The notes beneath the pieces were generated by a model. It saw nothing but the letters and a program-made list of their open reading frames with translations. It was not told the DNA's origin and did not search any database. A program made the translations under genes and the position numbers. A DNA stretch of 63,766 nt, filler included, from Octopus bimaculoides (taxonomy: Eukaryota), in the NCBI RefSeq assembly GCF_001194135.2. It is 7 parts of 6 records of this genome, joined end to end, with 100 filler letters (N's around TTAATTAATTAA, not from the genome) between each part and the next. Parts side by side here need not be neighbours in the genome. Positions count along the whole stretch, not along the records: positions 1 to 13,738 come from NC_069003.1; positions 13,839 to 29,817 come from NC_068983.1; 5 more parts are not named here. The stretch is one strand, 5' to 3'. Numbering within the stretch: position 1 is the stretch's first letter; every line of letters begins with the position of its first letter. This document shows, in pieces, positions 12,020 to 24,850 of this stretch.

Positions 12020-12519
12020 ATGTAATTGCTGACAACCCCTAAAACGATGACAGTTGCAGAAAATTCTGTATGCATAACACTTGGAACTTCAGAAGGGTCT
12101 GCACATAACCATCTGTCATTTCTTCTGTTAATCTTTTTAATAATAATCAAAGATTTTAGATCTTTTGCAATTTACCTTATGGAATTTCTAGGATGGTAAT
12201 CAATGATCTGTTGAACTTTCTGGATAAATTCAAGTGTTCTGATGATTTCAGAGTATTTAGAATGCTTTTTATGCTTTGATACTGGTGATACGTTTCCATC
12301 TTCAATCTCTAACTCCTTACAAACTTTATAGACGAAAGATCTGGTAACTTATAAAAATCGAGATATTTCTAAATCGCTATGCAATGATAGCATGCCTCTT
12401 CATTTCTTGAGTAAGCTTAGGGTCTGCCATTATTATTTTCTGAAACAAAAATTATACAGAGTTAGCAAAAACTGCAGCAATGATCCAAAAAAGGTATTCC
12501 TCAAATACCGTACACTCTG
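12020..12519 (-). mobile_element. Tc1/mariner transposase remnant with internal deletion
   Basis: MADPKLTQEMKRHAII..DLEISRFL*VTRSFVYKVCKELE..IIRTLEFIQKVQQII..SIR*IAKDLK is followed abruptly by INRRNDRWLCADPSEVPSVMHTEFSATVIVLGVVSN. The element end reads TA|CAGAGTGT at 12519-12521. Confidence 0.8.
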
Positions 12520-12689
12520 TATATTATATATTATACGTACATATTAACACTTTACAGTATACTTACATATATACATATATACATCGATCTAAAACAACAG
12601 GACTACTAAAGGAAGGCCGGAATCTAAGAGAAGAGAAAAGCAAAAGGTCTCCTGCTATTCATTTAAAAACTCCTGAGTAGAACTTATTA

Positions 12690-13035
12690 TTATAACCTCC
12701 GCCTTTGAAACTATTTTGAATGGTGAATGTGCTAACTTTGGCTTGTATTAGATGAGGATAAACTATTTATTACTGTTACTAAATTTTCTACAGCCACCCT
12801 CACATTCCATGACTACCATTGGGATCGATCAGGTACCAGACAAGGACTCTGGATTATTTTTCCGGTTTTTTAAATTTAATTTTTGAGAGCGGTTGGGTTC
12901 ATTTTTTGTGTTCTCGTTTGTGATAACAGTCGAGTTTATTTCAGATATTCTCATTTTAAGAATCATCTCTGGCTAATCGTTGGGAGGACGTTGGTGTTGC
13001 CTTGGCGGAAGTTTGCGCTCTCTGAGTGCTCTTGT
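12690..13035 (+). mobile_element. Helentron/DINE-like non-autonomous element (HINE-type)
   Basis: Subterminal inverted motifs ACCTCCGCC (12695-12703) and CTTGGCGGAAGT (13001-13012), followed by GCGCTCTCTGAGTGCT. The same motifs occur at 63216 and 63581. Confidence 0.6.
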
Positions 13036-13055
13036 TGTTGTTGTTATTATTATTA

Positions 13056-13107
<52 letters not shown>

Positions 13108-13126
13108 CATTATTATTATTATTACA

Positions 13127-13345
13127 AAGGCGGCGAGCTGGCACAGTCGTTACCGTGCCGGGCAAAATGCTTAGCGGCATTTCATCCGTCTTTATGTTCT
13201 GAGTTCAAATTTTGCCGCGGTCGACTTTGTCTTTCAACCTTTTAGGCTCGATAAAATAAGTATCAGTTAAGCACTGGGGTCGATGTAATTGATTTAATAC
13301 CTCCCCGGAAATTGCTGGCCTTGTGCCAAAATTTAAGACCATATT
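13127..13345 (+). mobile_element. tRNA-derived SINE family B
   Basis: AAGGCGGCGAGCTGGC head, B-box-like GAGTTCAAAT, and core GATAAAATAAGTA..CTGGGGTCGATGTAAT. It is embedded in a (TTA)n tract. Confidence 0.88.
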
Positions 13346-13782
13346 ATTATTACTAGCGGGACGCGTGAATATTTCACGGTATTAATGGCAAACCTACTTC
13401 GTTATTTCTGAAAACTTTATCCAAAAAACCTGAAAGCGTAGCCTGTGATGTGTCTGTATGGAAAGGTAATCACTCATCTGTTACTCATTGAAAAGTGAAA
13501 GAAATTGGAATACGATGATTACTTAATGCACTTTATATATACAGTTTATATACTTTATGCACAATTTTATCGACTTAATACACAGCACTCATAAAATAAA
13601 TATTCAATCTTATTTTTCCATTTTTCCTCATAAACAAAAAAATTAAAATATCTCGTACATATGATACAACCTTTAATTAAATTGCATATATCTGCCATGT
13701 AAATAAGCTTGAATATTTCACGGAATTGCAGTCATGCGNNNNNNNNNNNNNNNNNNNNNNNNNNNNNNNNNNNNNNNNNNNN

Positions 13783-13794
13783 TTAATTAATTAA
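13783..13794. other. Artificial scaffold spacer 44N-TTAATTAATTAA-44N; same spacer at 29862, 46991, 53829, 60479, 62465
   Basis: An identical 12-mer that gives stops in all six frames, centred in 100-bp N blocks, six times. Confidence 0.95.
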
Positions 13795-13856
13795 NNNNNN
13801 NNNNNNNNNNNNNNNNNNNNNNNNNNNNNNNNNNNNNNAACAAAAGTCAAACATAA

Positions 13857-13924
<68 letters not shown>

Positions 13925-13925
<1 letters not shown>

Positions 13926-15497
13926 GCAACTTTTGTAAGAGACAAGCTCAAACAAACAACTTTTATTAAATTAGATACCGACACTACCATCAAGGAGCCT
14001 GACCCACAAGAAAGCTATGAATATCTGAGGATAAACAAAGCAGATGGTATACAACATGCTACTATGAAGGGAAAAATAAGAAAGGAGTATTACAGGAGAG
14101 TAAGACTCATACTAAAAACTGAACTCAACTCCAAAAATCGCATCGAAGCCATTAACACCCTGGCACTTCCAGTAGTTCAATACAGTTTTAACATCATTAA
14201 CTGGAATCTTACAGAACTCCAGCGCCAGGACAAGAAGACAGGAAAATTACAAACATCTAAGAACATGTGCCACCCAAAAGCAGATGTTGATCGTCTGTAC
14301 TTACCTAGAGGTAATGGGGGAAGATGAATGATGCAGGTAGAATTGTGCTATAGGACCTCATCGTTGACAGTAAACAAGTACTTATCTAGTACAAAGGACT
14401 AGATGCTGCGGCTTGTGTGCAAACACGAAAGCAGCAAAAATCCACATTCTATTGTCAATGAAGCTTGCAAATTCGCAGGAAAACTCAGCATCAACCCTGA
14501 GATAGATGAACCTGAAGCCACTGCCACCAAACAAGTAAAACGGATCAAACAGACTGCAAAAAAGAGCGGGTAGAAACAAATTGAGGAGCGGTGGAGCTAG
14601 AAGCCTCTGCATGGACAGTATATACTTCGAAATCAAAATGCTGATGTAGACCAAGCAACAACCCACCAGTGGCTGAGAAGCTCAGGACTCAAAGCAGAGA
14701 CTGAAGGTTTCATATTAGCGGCATAAAATCAAAATTTGCTTATCAAAAACTACCAGGCCAGCGTTCTTCGAAACGGTTCTGATCCTAAATGCAGATTCTG
14801 CGATTAATTGGATGAAACAATAGACCATCTCGTCCCGGGATGTCTTGAGCTGAATCTAAGCGAATACAAAAATCGCTACGATAGGGTAGGACAGTATTTA
14901 CATTAGAAAATATGTAAATACTACAAAATCAGCACTCCTGCTTACTGATATGAACATCATCCTGAGCCAGTCGTTGAAGGTAAAAATGTCACTTATCCTC
15001 TGGGATTTTCCAGTCAACACCGAGAGCACGATCCAGTCTAATCGACCAGACAGTCATTAAATCCGTGGAAGAAAATACTTGTAAACAAATAGAAGTGTTC
15101 CCACTGATAAAAATAAATCTGTAAAGGAATTTGATAAATTATCTAAATATAAGGACCAAGAAATTGAAATACAAAAGATGTGGAATCTTAAAGCGAGAAC
15201 TGTTCCTGTTATTGTGAGTGCCCTACGTATGATAAGAAATGGATGTCAGAAACAGCTAGATAAAATCCCAGGAGAACCATGTCTCAGAGAAATCCAAAAG
15301 ATTGTGCTGACAAGTACTGCCCACATCCTTAGAAAAACCCTATCAATTTAAATATATGTGTTGTATGTATTACATGAAAATATTTCGCTACTTCTCCTCC
15401 CTTAGCTTTCAGTCATACTGTATCCTTCACTCACTCGAGGACCCTGGATGTGTCTCGGCAAGTGTTTGTAACAAATATGGAGATTAAAAGTAAATAA
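13925..15497 (+). mobile_element. R4/Dong-clade RLE non-LTR retrotransposon, 5'-truncated and degenerate
   Basis: KNRIEAINTLALPVVQYSF..HPKADVDRLYLPRGNGGR; KCRFCD*LDETIDHLVPGC (CCHC); RYDRV; RPD; KYKDQEIEIQKMWNL..VPVIVSAL..TAHILRKTLSI*. (AAT)n lies immediately 5' and an AAT/AAC tract 3'. Confidence 0.9.
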
Positions 15498-15679
15498 TTA
15501 TGATGCTGATGATAACAACAACAACAACAACAATAAAACAGCAACAATAATAATAATAATAATAATAATGTGACACTTGGGAAGAAATGGAAACAAAATT
15601 GAAAGAAGAAAAAAATCCCGATGATAATAAAAGATCCCTTATTATCCCTGCGACAGTTATCGATCATTGCTAATGTTTA

Positions 15680-15850
15680 ACTTCAGATCAGCCCTGATCA
15701 AGTAGTTAGTTGAATGAAAAAGTGGTTCCAGCCATGACGATGCTATCAGTTGTCAGAGTTGTTCTTTCTTTTCTTAAGACGGTAAGGTATGAGATGAGTG
15801 ATATTTAGCTGCTATTTCTCGCACGGCGAAGTGAGCACGTGGGTATTCCC
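15680..15850 (+). repeat. Unclassified interspersed repeat family D; related copies at about 22855-22940 (+), 26900-26985 (-), 27483-27660 (+)
   Basis: Shared ATTTRGCTGCTATTTCT-like motif preceded by GTGAT/GAG-rich sequence in four places. Confidence 0.55.
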
Positions 15851-18800
15851 TTTGTACGTCTATCCTGGTGTATTAATGTAAGTTCTGGGTCTTTGACATC
15901 TATATTCAAGTCTATGTTCAGAGTACAAATGTATGTTTAGACAATGAATATGTGTCCATCGGCAAATAATCTCCACATCTAACACCGCTGCCGCCGCCGC
16001 CGAGACTACAACCACCACCACCACCACCACCACCGTTAACACCACCGTTAACACCACCGTTAACACCACCATTGTTACCTTCGTCTTAATCACCACCTTA
16101 CTGCTATCGTGTGGTGCATCAACATATTTAACACCAGCCAAGAACACCAAATAAGAAATGATAAAATGAAGTTGTTAGTCTTTGTGTGTTTTTGAACGGT
16201 TAGTATGTCTTCTACACTGCAACCATGTCATAAATAATTTACGTTAAAACCTTAATTGGAATATATATATTTTTGTAATCATGATCTTATTTATCGCAAT
16301 CATTCAACTAAAGCGGGCTCCTTCGATATATTAGACAGCAGCAAAATAGTTTATCTGATGGGTTGAACGGCGGGCAAAGTACTTGTAAAACAAATGATAT
16401 ATTTGTAGAATCTTTAAACATGTAGTTTGAATCCTATTAGTGAGGTTTTTTTCTGTCTAATGACTTCTTATGTCATATAAAGAGTGTATAAATACATGTA
16501 TATACAAAATAGTCGAGCAGATAATATATATATATTAGGCTATAGTTTATATATCGTAAATCATGTCAGGTTTTGTGTTTCTGTGGAGAACACTTAGCTA
16601 TATTACATTATTTTAGCAGGCTGTCGAGTATCCTTTTAAAGTTTTCTGTGGGAAAAGTTCACCAGGGCTGGCTGATTAATCATTGATGTCTTTCAATCGA
16701 TGGAGGGGTGATAGAACACAAGTCCTAGCCTCAGTTAATTAATTTCACTTCAATTATTTATTTTTCCTGTAATTTCTTCCTGTAAATATCCTTTAATATA
16801 GAATAAAGAATGATCTAGCAACACAGTCTAAGCTTTGCCATACTACAGGAAAGCAAAGAATGTTATGGTAAGTAAACGTCACATTAAAGATTACATAATG
16901 TCTACGCGTATATACACATGCTCATGTATTTCGCTTATGAGTTGTGAAGGAACAAATCATCTGCTTCTAACGAATAAAGTCTAATAAATGTGTGGGTGTT
17001 TATTCTCTTGTACGTCTATAGAAATTTATAGACACGAATGTATACATACATACATGTCAGTGACAAGTTACAGTATTACAAGGGTAAATTTCAAAGAAAT
17101 ACTTTCTCTGAAATACTGCATATAATTTCAGTAAGCCTTTGGGTGATGGAAACTATGTATAAAAGGAAAAGGCACTCCATGAACACATGTAATTTGAACG
17201 ACCTATATCAATTAGCAAAAAGGAGTTATGTCTACTTCTGCATTACTTTTGGTTAATCCCCTTATAAAAGAAATATTAAAGGTAAATATAAAAAACATAA
17301 TGACAAAAAAAGAAAAGTGGAACGGAACAGGCACATTGGATTAATGTCAAGTTCGGGTCCTCAGACACAGTTGTTTTAAAGCAGTCGTCAGTACAAAGCG
17401 CAGAAAGTGAAAAGTGGCAAACAACGATCATCGACAGTCAAAAAGTTCAAAATCCGACATAGTTCGATTTTTATTGGAATAGTTCATAGATTATAATAAT
17501 ATACAGAATGTAATATATTGATCCACAAGTATATTTAAAGATCTGATTACCGTTTAATACGTTCTTCATTACCTTTCAACTAAATTAAATATTGAGAATA
17601 GGTCTTAAGTTGTGTTTGATTAGTGACCGTGGAACTTGATACCTGAATGATGATGATAGTGGTATTAGTGATAATGAAAAGTGTAACGACGACAGACTTA
17701 GCAGTGTTTGTGTTTGCAACGATCTAGATGATTCTAATTGTTTTCTTTATCTTCATTAAAGAAGTTTATGAATGCAAAGCGAAGAGATAGAAAAAATTGC
17801 ATTCATATCGAGCCTGGACGATACGAGTGTTTACGAGACAAAGACAAGGATTTTAAAGATGTGCGAGTGGAATTTTCTCTTTATGATATCTCACTTGATT
17901 TCCCAGGTGAATTGGGTAATATAGAATTAGAGATTGTTGGGAGTTAAAAACAAATAGTGAGAGATGGAAGATCGGGCATTTTTATTAATCATGAATACAG
18001 ATAGTTTTATCACGTCTAAAGATTTAATGTTTACGTTTAACCATCATTCAGCAGTTTTATCACTTACTGGCTCAAACAGACATTATACAGGTGTACAGAG
18101 ATGTATGCATGTATGCATCATATATATATATATAAAGATATATAATTAATAATATCAAGGGTAATAAGAAATATTAGAAATTTCTACTACCAGTGGCCTA
18201 GCGTGTAAAAAATTTAGTCAATAGACTATATATTATTCATATAAATGCAGTGTACATTTAAATAAATAAGAGGTATCCATCATAGGATTCTTCATTTTTC
18301 ATTTCCTTCGAAGTTTTATCCCTAATAGTGGTTTGGAATTTAGCTGTTCTTTCTAGCTTTCTAGCGTGCAAGGAATCCCATGATGGATACCTCTCATGTG
18401 TTTAAATGTACACTATATATATNNNNNNNNNNNNNNNNNNNNNNNNNNNNNNNNNNNNNNNNNNNNNNNNNNNNNNNNNNNNNNNNNNNNNNNNNNNNNN
18501 NNNNNNNNNNNNNNNNNNNNNNNNNNNNNNNNNNNNNNNNNNNNNNNNNNNNNNNNNNNNNNNNNNNNNNNNNNNNNNNNNNNNNNNNNNNNNNNNNNNN
18601 NNNNNNNNNNNNNNNNNNNNNNNNNNNNNNNNNNNNNNNNNNNNNNNNNNNNNNNNNNNNNNNNNNNNNNNNNNNNNNNNNNNNNNNNNNNNNNNNNNNN
18701 NNNATATATATATATATATATATATAATCATTCGACGTCCACCCACCAATAGGAATTCATCATGTAGAATTTTAACTGACTTTTACCTTCATATCTCGTA

Positions 18801-19132
18801 TTACTGAACTCTATTCACCCTCGAATACATGTATCTACTCTCGCATACACGGTTTTCATGTTACTATATATTTGTTCATTTACATTTTATATCTTATTTT
18901 TATTATTTATTTTAAAAATTATCTTTATTATTTTTTTCTTATTTGAATTTTTAATATAAACATGTTCCCCATCCAAGTCTTATAAATCACTGTAAGCACG
19001 ATTTCATTTTTGGATGTAAAGTACTGACAACTGAAATTTGTATTTTCTCTTCTACAAAAGATTTTTATTACTCCTTATTTCTACTGTTCCAATTATTTTG
19101 TCCAACCCCTGTATATATATACATATATACAG

Positions 19133-19236
19133 ATAAGAAAAGAAATGGTGCAACAATTAACAATTAGAAGTTGATCATTGGCATTAAAATGTCATTCGTT
19201 TCTGATTGTTAATTGTTGCTCCACTTCTTTTCTTAT
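19133..19236. repeat. About 37-bp inverted repeat with a short spacer (hairpin)
   Basis: ATAAGAAAAGAAATGGTGCAACAATTAACAAT versus ATTGTTAATTGTTGCTCCACTTCTTTTCTTAT: 2 mismatches in 32 bp, extendable by about 5 bp. Confidence 0.9.
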
Positions 19237-19379
19237 TTGAATATATTAAACCACGGTTTGCCATTTAAATTACCAACTACTGTTAACCTTATAGCAAGGC
19301 CTATACATAGTGAGGTAATACACCAGTAGTACCTACGGATACATTTATCCCTTAGACGGCTCTATAACCTCTAACTCAT

Positions 19380-20400
19380 AATAACGGCCATGAGTTGGAT
19401 AAACTTAGGAAGAATCTTATTACATTTTCCCAAAGAATGGACTTACGGATAACGATAGAAAGTAACCTCAATAATGTAGATTTTTTAGATATTAGATTAG
19501 ATTTGCAATTGTATAAATTTAAATCCTACCGTATGCCCAATGAAAGGCTATTTTATATTAACAAAGAGTCAAATCATCCATCCGTTTTTCTTAAGAATCT
19601 AGTCAGTAATACAGGAAGGCGCATATCATCTATATCTCCAGACAAGACAGCGTTTCAAAATGCCGCACCGTATTATAATAATGCATGAAGGAACAGTGGA
19701 TTCTCGGAGAAGATCCAGTATAGCCAAACTACTTCTAGCAATAATAGAACACGTAGAACTAGAACTAGGAAAGTGTTGTGGTTTAATCCGGCACTTAACA
19801 TTGCCGTAAAACAAATATAGGTAGGGAATTCTTAAAACTAATTTCTAAACACTTTCAAACTAGCCATAAGTTCTATAGAATTTTTAATAGGAGAACGCTG
19901 AAGGCTAGCTATCCTTGTTGCAAAATCTTCGCTTCTTTAATTAATCAACACAAGACGAAATTCATTAAAAGCAACAACAGTGCCGAATTTAACAAGAAGA
20001 ATTGCAATTCAAAGATCAGAGTTGCTGTCCGTTAGGAGGAAACTGTCTTGAGAAAGGAATAGTTTATAGTGCTAAAGTATATATATAGATAGCTCACAAG
20101 AATACAGAACATACACAAGAGCTTCAGAAAATTCCTTCAAGACTAGGTTTTATTTCCCGAAAACAGGACAGCGAAAACATGTCTGGCAGTTGAAGGAAAG
20201 TGATGCCCGTCCTTTCAATATCAGCTGGATATTTTTGAAGAAAGCAGCACCATATAAACATGGAGCATATCGACGACCAATGAGATGTAATTTGTGTTTC
20301 ACCGAGAAACGTTTCGTCCTGTTCCAGCATAAATATGCATCGAACCAAAGACGAAAGCTTTTAAATTTCTGCAGGCACGTTATGATGTTTAAAATGTCAA
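19380..20400 (+). mobile_element. Penelope-like element (RT C-terminus plus GIY-YIG with CNLC..EK tail), degenerate
   Basis: LRITIESNLNNVDFLDIRLDL..YINKESNHPS..RRISSIS; RKVLWFNP; CPLGGNCLEKGIVYSAKV; WIFLKKAAPYK..RCNLCFTEK. Confidence 0.88.
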
Positions 20401-20793
20401 CTGAAAAAATATCGTATGGGTATTTTTTTGACTTTTGCATTTGAATTTAGCTTTTACACCTCATATAGACATCTTTTAGTATTACAATACATAACGCCTT
20501 CATATTTTAAATTCGACTTTCAAGAAAGGCTTCGACTGTTTTGCAAATTTAAATTAAAATTTTGCCGAGGTTAAATTTTTACAAATTTTTACTCATTTTG
20601 ATATTTAAATCTTAAAATTTAAATTTATATTTTTTCAAATTTATATTTTTCAAATTTATATTACACTTAATTATATACCATAATCTATTGTACAATTTTC
20701 CTATTTTAATATTCAATACACTAGACAGTTTTTAATATATTTGTATGCGTATATACGTGATGGTGTATATATGTATCTTGATGTTAATATATG

Positions 20794-20836
<43 letters not shown>

Positions 20837-22029
20837 TTGTGTGCGTGTCTACATGTGTTTTACCTATTGTATNNNNNNNNNNATATATATATATGTATAT
20901 TTGTGTGCGTGTCTACATGTGTTTTACCTATTGTATATATGTATGTATTTATGTAGATATGCATGTCTGTTTTATGTGTGTATTTGCAAGCTTACAGAAG
21001 TATGTAACATTTGTTAGATACTGTTAGGAAACGCCAAATTCCAAATCATTTCTCTCTTTCTCTCTCTTTATCTGTTTTTCTCTTTCTCTTTCTATTTTCT
21101 GTATCCCTTTCTTTTTTCTTTCTCTCCACTACTTCTTTTTCTTCTTTTTCTTTCTCCTACCACTTATTTTCTGATTTTCTTTCCCTTTTTCTTTATCTTC
21201 TTTCCTTTTCTAGATTGCAGCAACTATGTTGTACCTTTAAAAATGCGCACGGTGACGCATTATGTGTGTGTGCATATATATATGTACGTAGATACCTATA
21301 TGTACATTAGTATATATATATTTTGTCTGTATTGTATGTATATGTATGTAGGCATGTACCAACGTTTGTATGTTTGTTGTATGTATGTATAGTTTTTTTG
21401 GAATGTGTATGCATAAGTAAATGTATATGTATTTTAATGATGTCAGTTCATTGTAAGTGAATATTTTTTATTATATACAGATATAAATTTAAATATTTTA
21501 ATGATGTTAGTCCTTTGTAAGTAAATATATTTTTATTATAAACGGACATAAATTTGAATATATTTTACCATTAATTAATTTACACTAGGTATACAGATTT
21601 TTTCCTTCTAACAAAGCTAATTTTTGATTTGAGGTCTTCTTCGATTTTAAATAATATGAATTTATATCATAATTTAAATTTTTAATTTCATATAGCCGGT
21701 TATTGAAAAGACCGTTAGTTGAAAGGACGAATGAAACACAACCAATTTCAATTGTGTATCTATCAATGTAATTGNNNNNNNNNNNNNNNNNNNNNNNNNN
21801 NNNNNNNNNNNNNNNNNNNNNNNNNNNNNNNNNNNNNNNNNNNNNNNNNNNNNNNNNNNNNNNNNNNNNNNNNNNNNNNNNNNNNNNNNNNNNNNNNNNN
21901 NNNNNNNNNNNNNNNNNNNNNNNNNNNNNNNNNNNNNNNNNNNNNNNNNNNNNNNNNNNNNNNNNNNNNNNNNNNNNNNNACATATATATATGTATGCAT
22001 ATGCATATATTTTCGTATATTTATGTGTA

Positions 22030-22071
<42 letters not shown>

Positions 22072-22241
22072 ACTATCTATCTATCTATCTATCAGTCTGT
22101 CTGTCTGTATGTCTGTCTCTCTATCTATTTATCATGCACAATATTCTATAGAGAATACCTCTATCTCTCTTTCGTTTGCAACTACTCACACACATGCGTG
22201 CGCGTATATACCTAATTAGTAACCTTAACAGTTCAGTACAA

Positions 22242-22341
<100 letters not shown>

Positions 22342-23933
22342 CTTCATTTTGTAAAAGTATATCTCAGAGAATAATCGCGAGGATCTGCAGGCCAGGGGCT
22401 TATTTTCAGTTTCTGTAGTGTCAATCGGTTGCGATAGAAATCTTTGCCGTCCATGGACAACAGTATGCTTATCTTATTGTCTGTTGAAAATCGTGCGCCT
22501 TTGAACCGGAAGAAATGAATGCAGCAGCATTTGAAGCCAAAGAAATATCAATTCAAAATTATCACGTGGTTGTTGTTTTGCTGCAGGTGAATCATGATCG
22601 AGCAAACGTATGATTTAAACTATTCCAACTATGTGCCATTCTGTCTGCTTAGAAATATGTTCGACCCATTCTTAAGACGTTTGGCGAAGTTTGAGGGATT
22701 TAGTTGTTGTTTCTGAAAGAACGAGTAGCAACATGTATGTTCTTTTACGTTGGTTCGTGTTGTTTCTGTTGTGTTTGTTTCCATATTAGTTCTAGTCGTG
22801 TATGTCTGTTATGAAAAGCATTTCAGCTGAGATCATCCCATCTTTTAGGGGTATCTAGGCATACATTGCCCAACATTTTCTTTATTGAAGACCATACGGT
22901 TTGGTATGTGGGTTATTTGGCTGCTACTTCTAGCATGTAGGGAAAGCACGGACTTAAAGATTCACACCACAGTCAAGTATCGATTTAAAGTTAGACTCAG
23001 CCTTTGAGAACTAAGTGCTTCGGTCAGGGTGCTGTGCCGATGAAAGAATACGATCTACAAAGCTTTCACGTAACAACTAATTTATTGATCTCAGCTACCT
23101 AGCCATAACGCTTACCTACTCAAAATCTTCAATATTAATTGGTTATTTGGTTACTAAATGAAGATTCTATCTTATAATCTTAGAAGTAATTATTTCTAAC
23201 ATCGTCAAAAGACCGCAATTTATCGAAGAAAGTATAATCGATTAAATCAATTCCTTTCCTTAATTGCTACTTATTTTATTGATCCTGGAATAGTTATTGG
23301 TAAGTTCGGTGTACGTCTGATTTGAATCCACAGCGTAAAAAGCTTAATACTTAGCTAGTTATTGAGTTGGTTATTTAAAGCCGCTGTTTCGAAAAGGTGG
23401 AGAGTAGATAATATTATCGCTTGAAAGATTAAAAGGAGGCGGCTCACCAAGTTACTCTGTAATGAAGTTGAAAATGTCCTTAACACATTCTAATATCCCA
23501 ACGGTTGCCACTAGTAATTGGAAGAAATGGAATCGAGTGACGCTCTCCAACTGTGTAAATTAGGAATCCATAAATGAGAAATTGGTGCGCAGTCCAGTCT
23601 GGGGTAAGTAGAGTACGTTAAAGACGATTGATGTTAAACTAGCTAATACCTCCATTTTTATACTATTTTATACTAAGTCCACGACTGGCTCAAGTTCTTG
23701 AAGGTGAAGGAACAGAAATATAGAGCAAATTCACAAAGACAAAAATGTAAATAATAAATCCGAATGAGGAAGTATATGAGTAGAATCCATCATACTGGTG
23801 GAAAATTCATCGACAGGAACTGAGAATGATATTTAACAATTATATATATATATATATCGTTTGTAGAAATACATAAATCCAGAGATCCGGAGGAGAAGCA
23901 CACTCTAGGATGCAGAGCAGTTAATATGGGGGA

Positions 23934-24020
23934 GGCCGGTTTATGGGGTTACTCTGGGTTTCTCGCTCATAAGGGATTTAGCCTTACGGCGTGTCTTCAG
24001 ACCCCCAAACACTGCTGGCC
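23934..24020 (-). ncRNA. Candidate type I hammerhead ribozyme
   Basis: Minus strand: GGGGU-CUGAAGA-[helix II, 10 bp with 1 bulge]-GAAA-C-CCAGA-G-UA-ACCCC. Core nucleotides are intact, helix I pairs 5 bp and extends via GUUU/AAAC and GGCC/GGCC, and helix III is 2 bp. The G10.1-C11.1 pair is not canonical. Confidence 0.62.
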
Positions 24021-24047
24021 TAAGACCTTTTCAAAATATGGAGGGAG

Positions 24048-24080
<33 letters not shown>

Positions 24081-24685
24081 CTTGTATATNNNNNNNNNNN
24101 NNNNNNNNNNNNNNNNNNNNNNNNNNNNNNNNNNNNNNNNNNNNNNNNNNNNNNNNNNNNNNNNNNNNNNNNNNNNNNNNNNNNNNNNNNNNNNNNNNAT
24201 ATATATATACATATGTGTGTGTGTATAGAGTATTAGGTGTGATGTACAGATATTGAATATTGAGAAAAAAGGTCACCAGGATTTGGGAAAAAAATCTTAT
24301 TATTTATTCATTATTATTAGCGTTTTCGTTCATTTCTCGAACTTGTCAAAATTGTATTTGGTAAGAGCGCTGTCCACCCTTTCACCAATTCCTAATCAAG
24401 GCTGAGATCTTTATGTATTGCTGAAGAGTTAAGTAATAAAGACGAGTGAGTATCTAAGGCACTTGCGGAAAGCATGAATATTATAGAATCACACTTCACA
24501 AATTTAGCGAAAAACACGTGACTTATATACAGTACAGTCAACCACCTTGATAACGTTCTACTGTACTTTTTGCTAGTTATTTTAGGTGTCTATGCTCTCG
24601 CTAGTAGACATAAACGTTCACTTGACTCTTTCATCATTGACCTAGCGTAATATCCAGGAGGTAACAAGTGGAGTGAAGAAGGGAG

Positions 24686-24687
<2 letters not shown>

Positions 24688-24762
<75 letters not shown>

Positions 24763-24763
24763 T

Positions 24764-24795
<32 letters not shown>

Positions 24796-24850
24796 GGAGA
24801 AAGAGAGAAAGAGAGGGAGAGAGAGAAAGATAGAGGGAGAAAGAGCGGGA
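24688..24850. repeat. (GA)n microsatellite
   Basis: Directly visible. Confidence 0.95.

Noticed and set aside
15779-15781. Apparent 3-nt micro-exon ACG with good splice signals
   Set aside because: It lies inside interspersed repeat family D.
20790-20935. Identical 50-bp segments on either side of a 10-N gap
   Set aside because: Most likely an unmerged contig overlap (assembly artefact).
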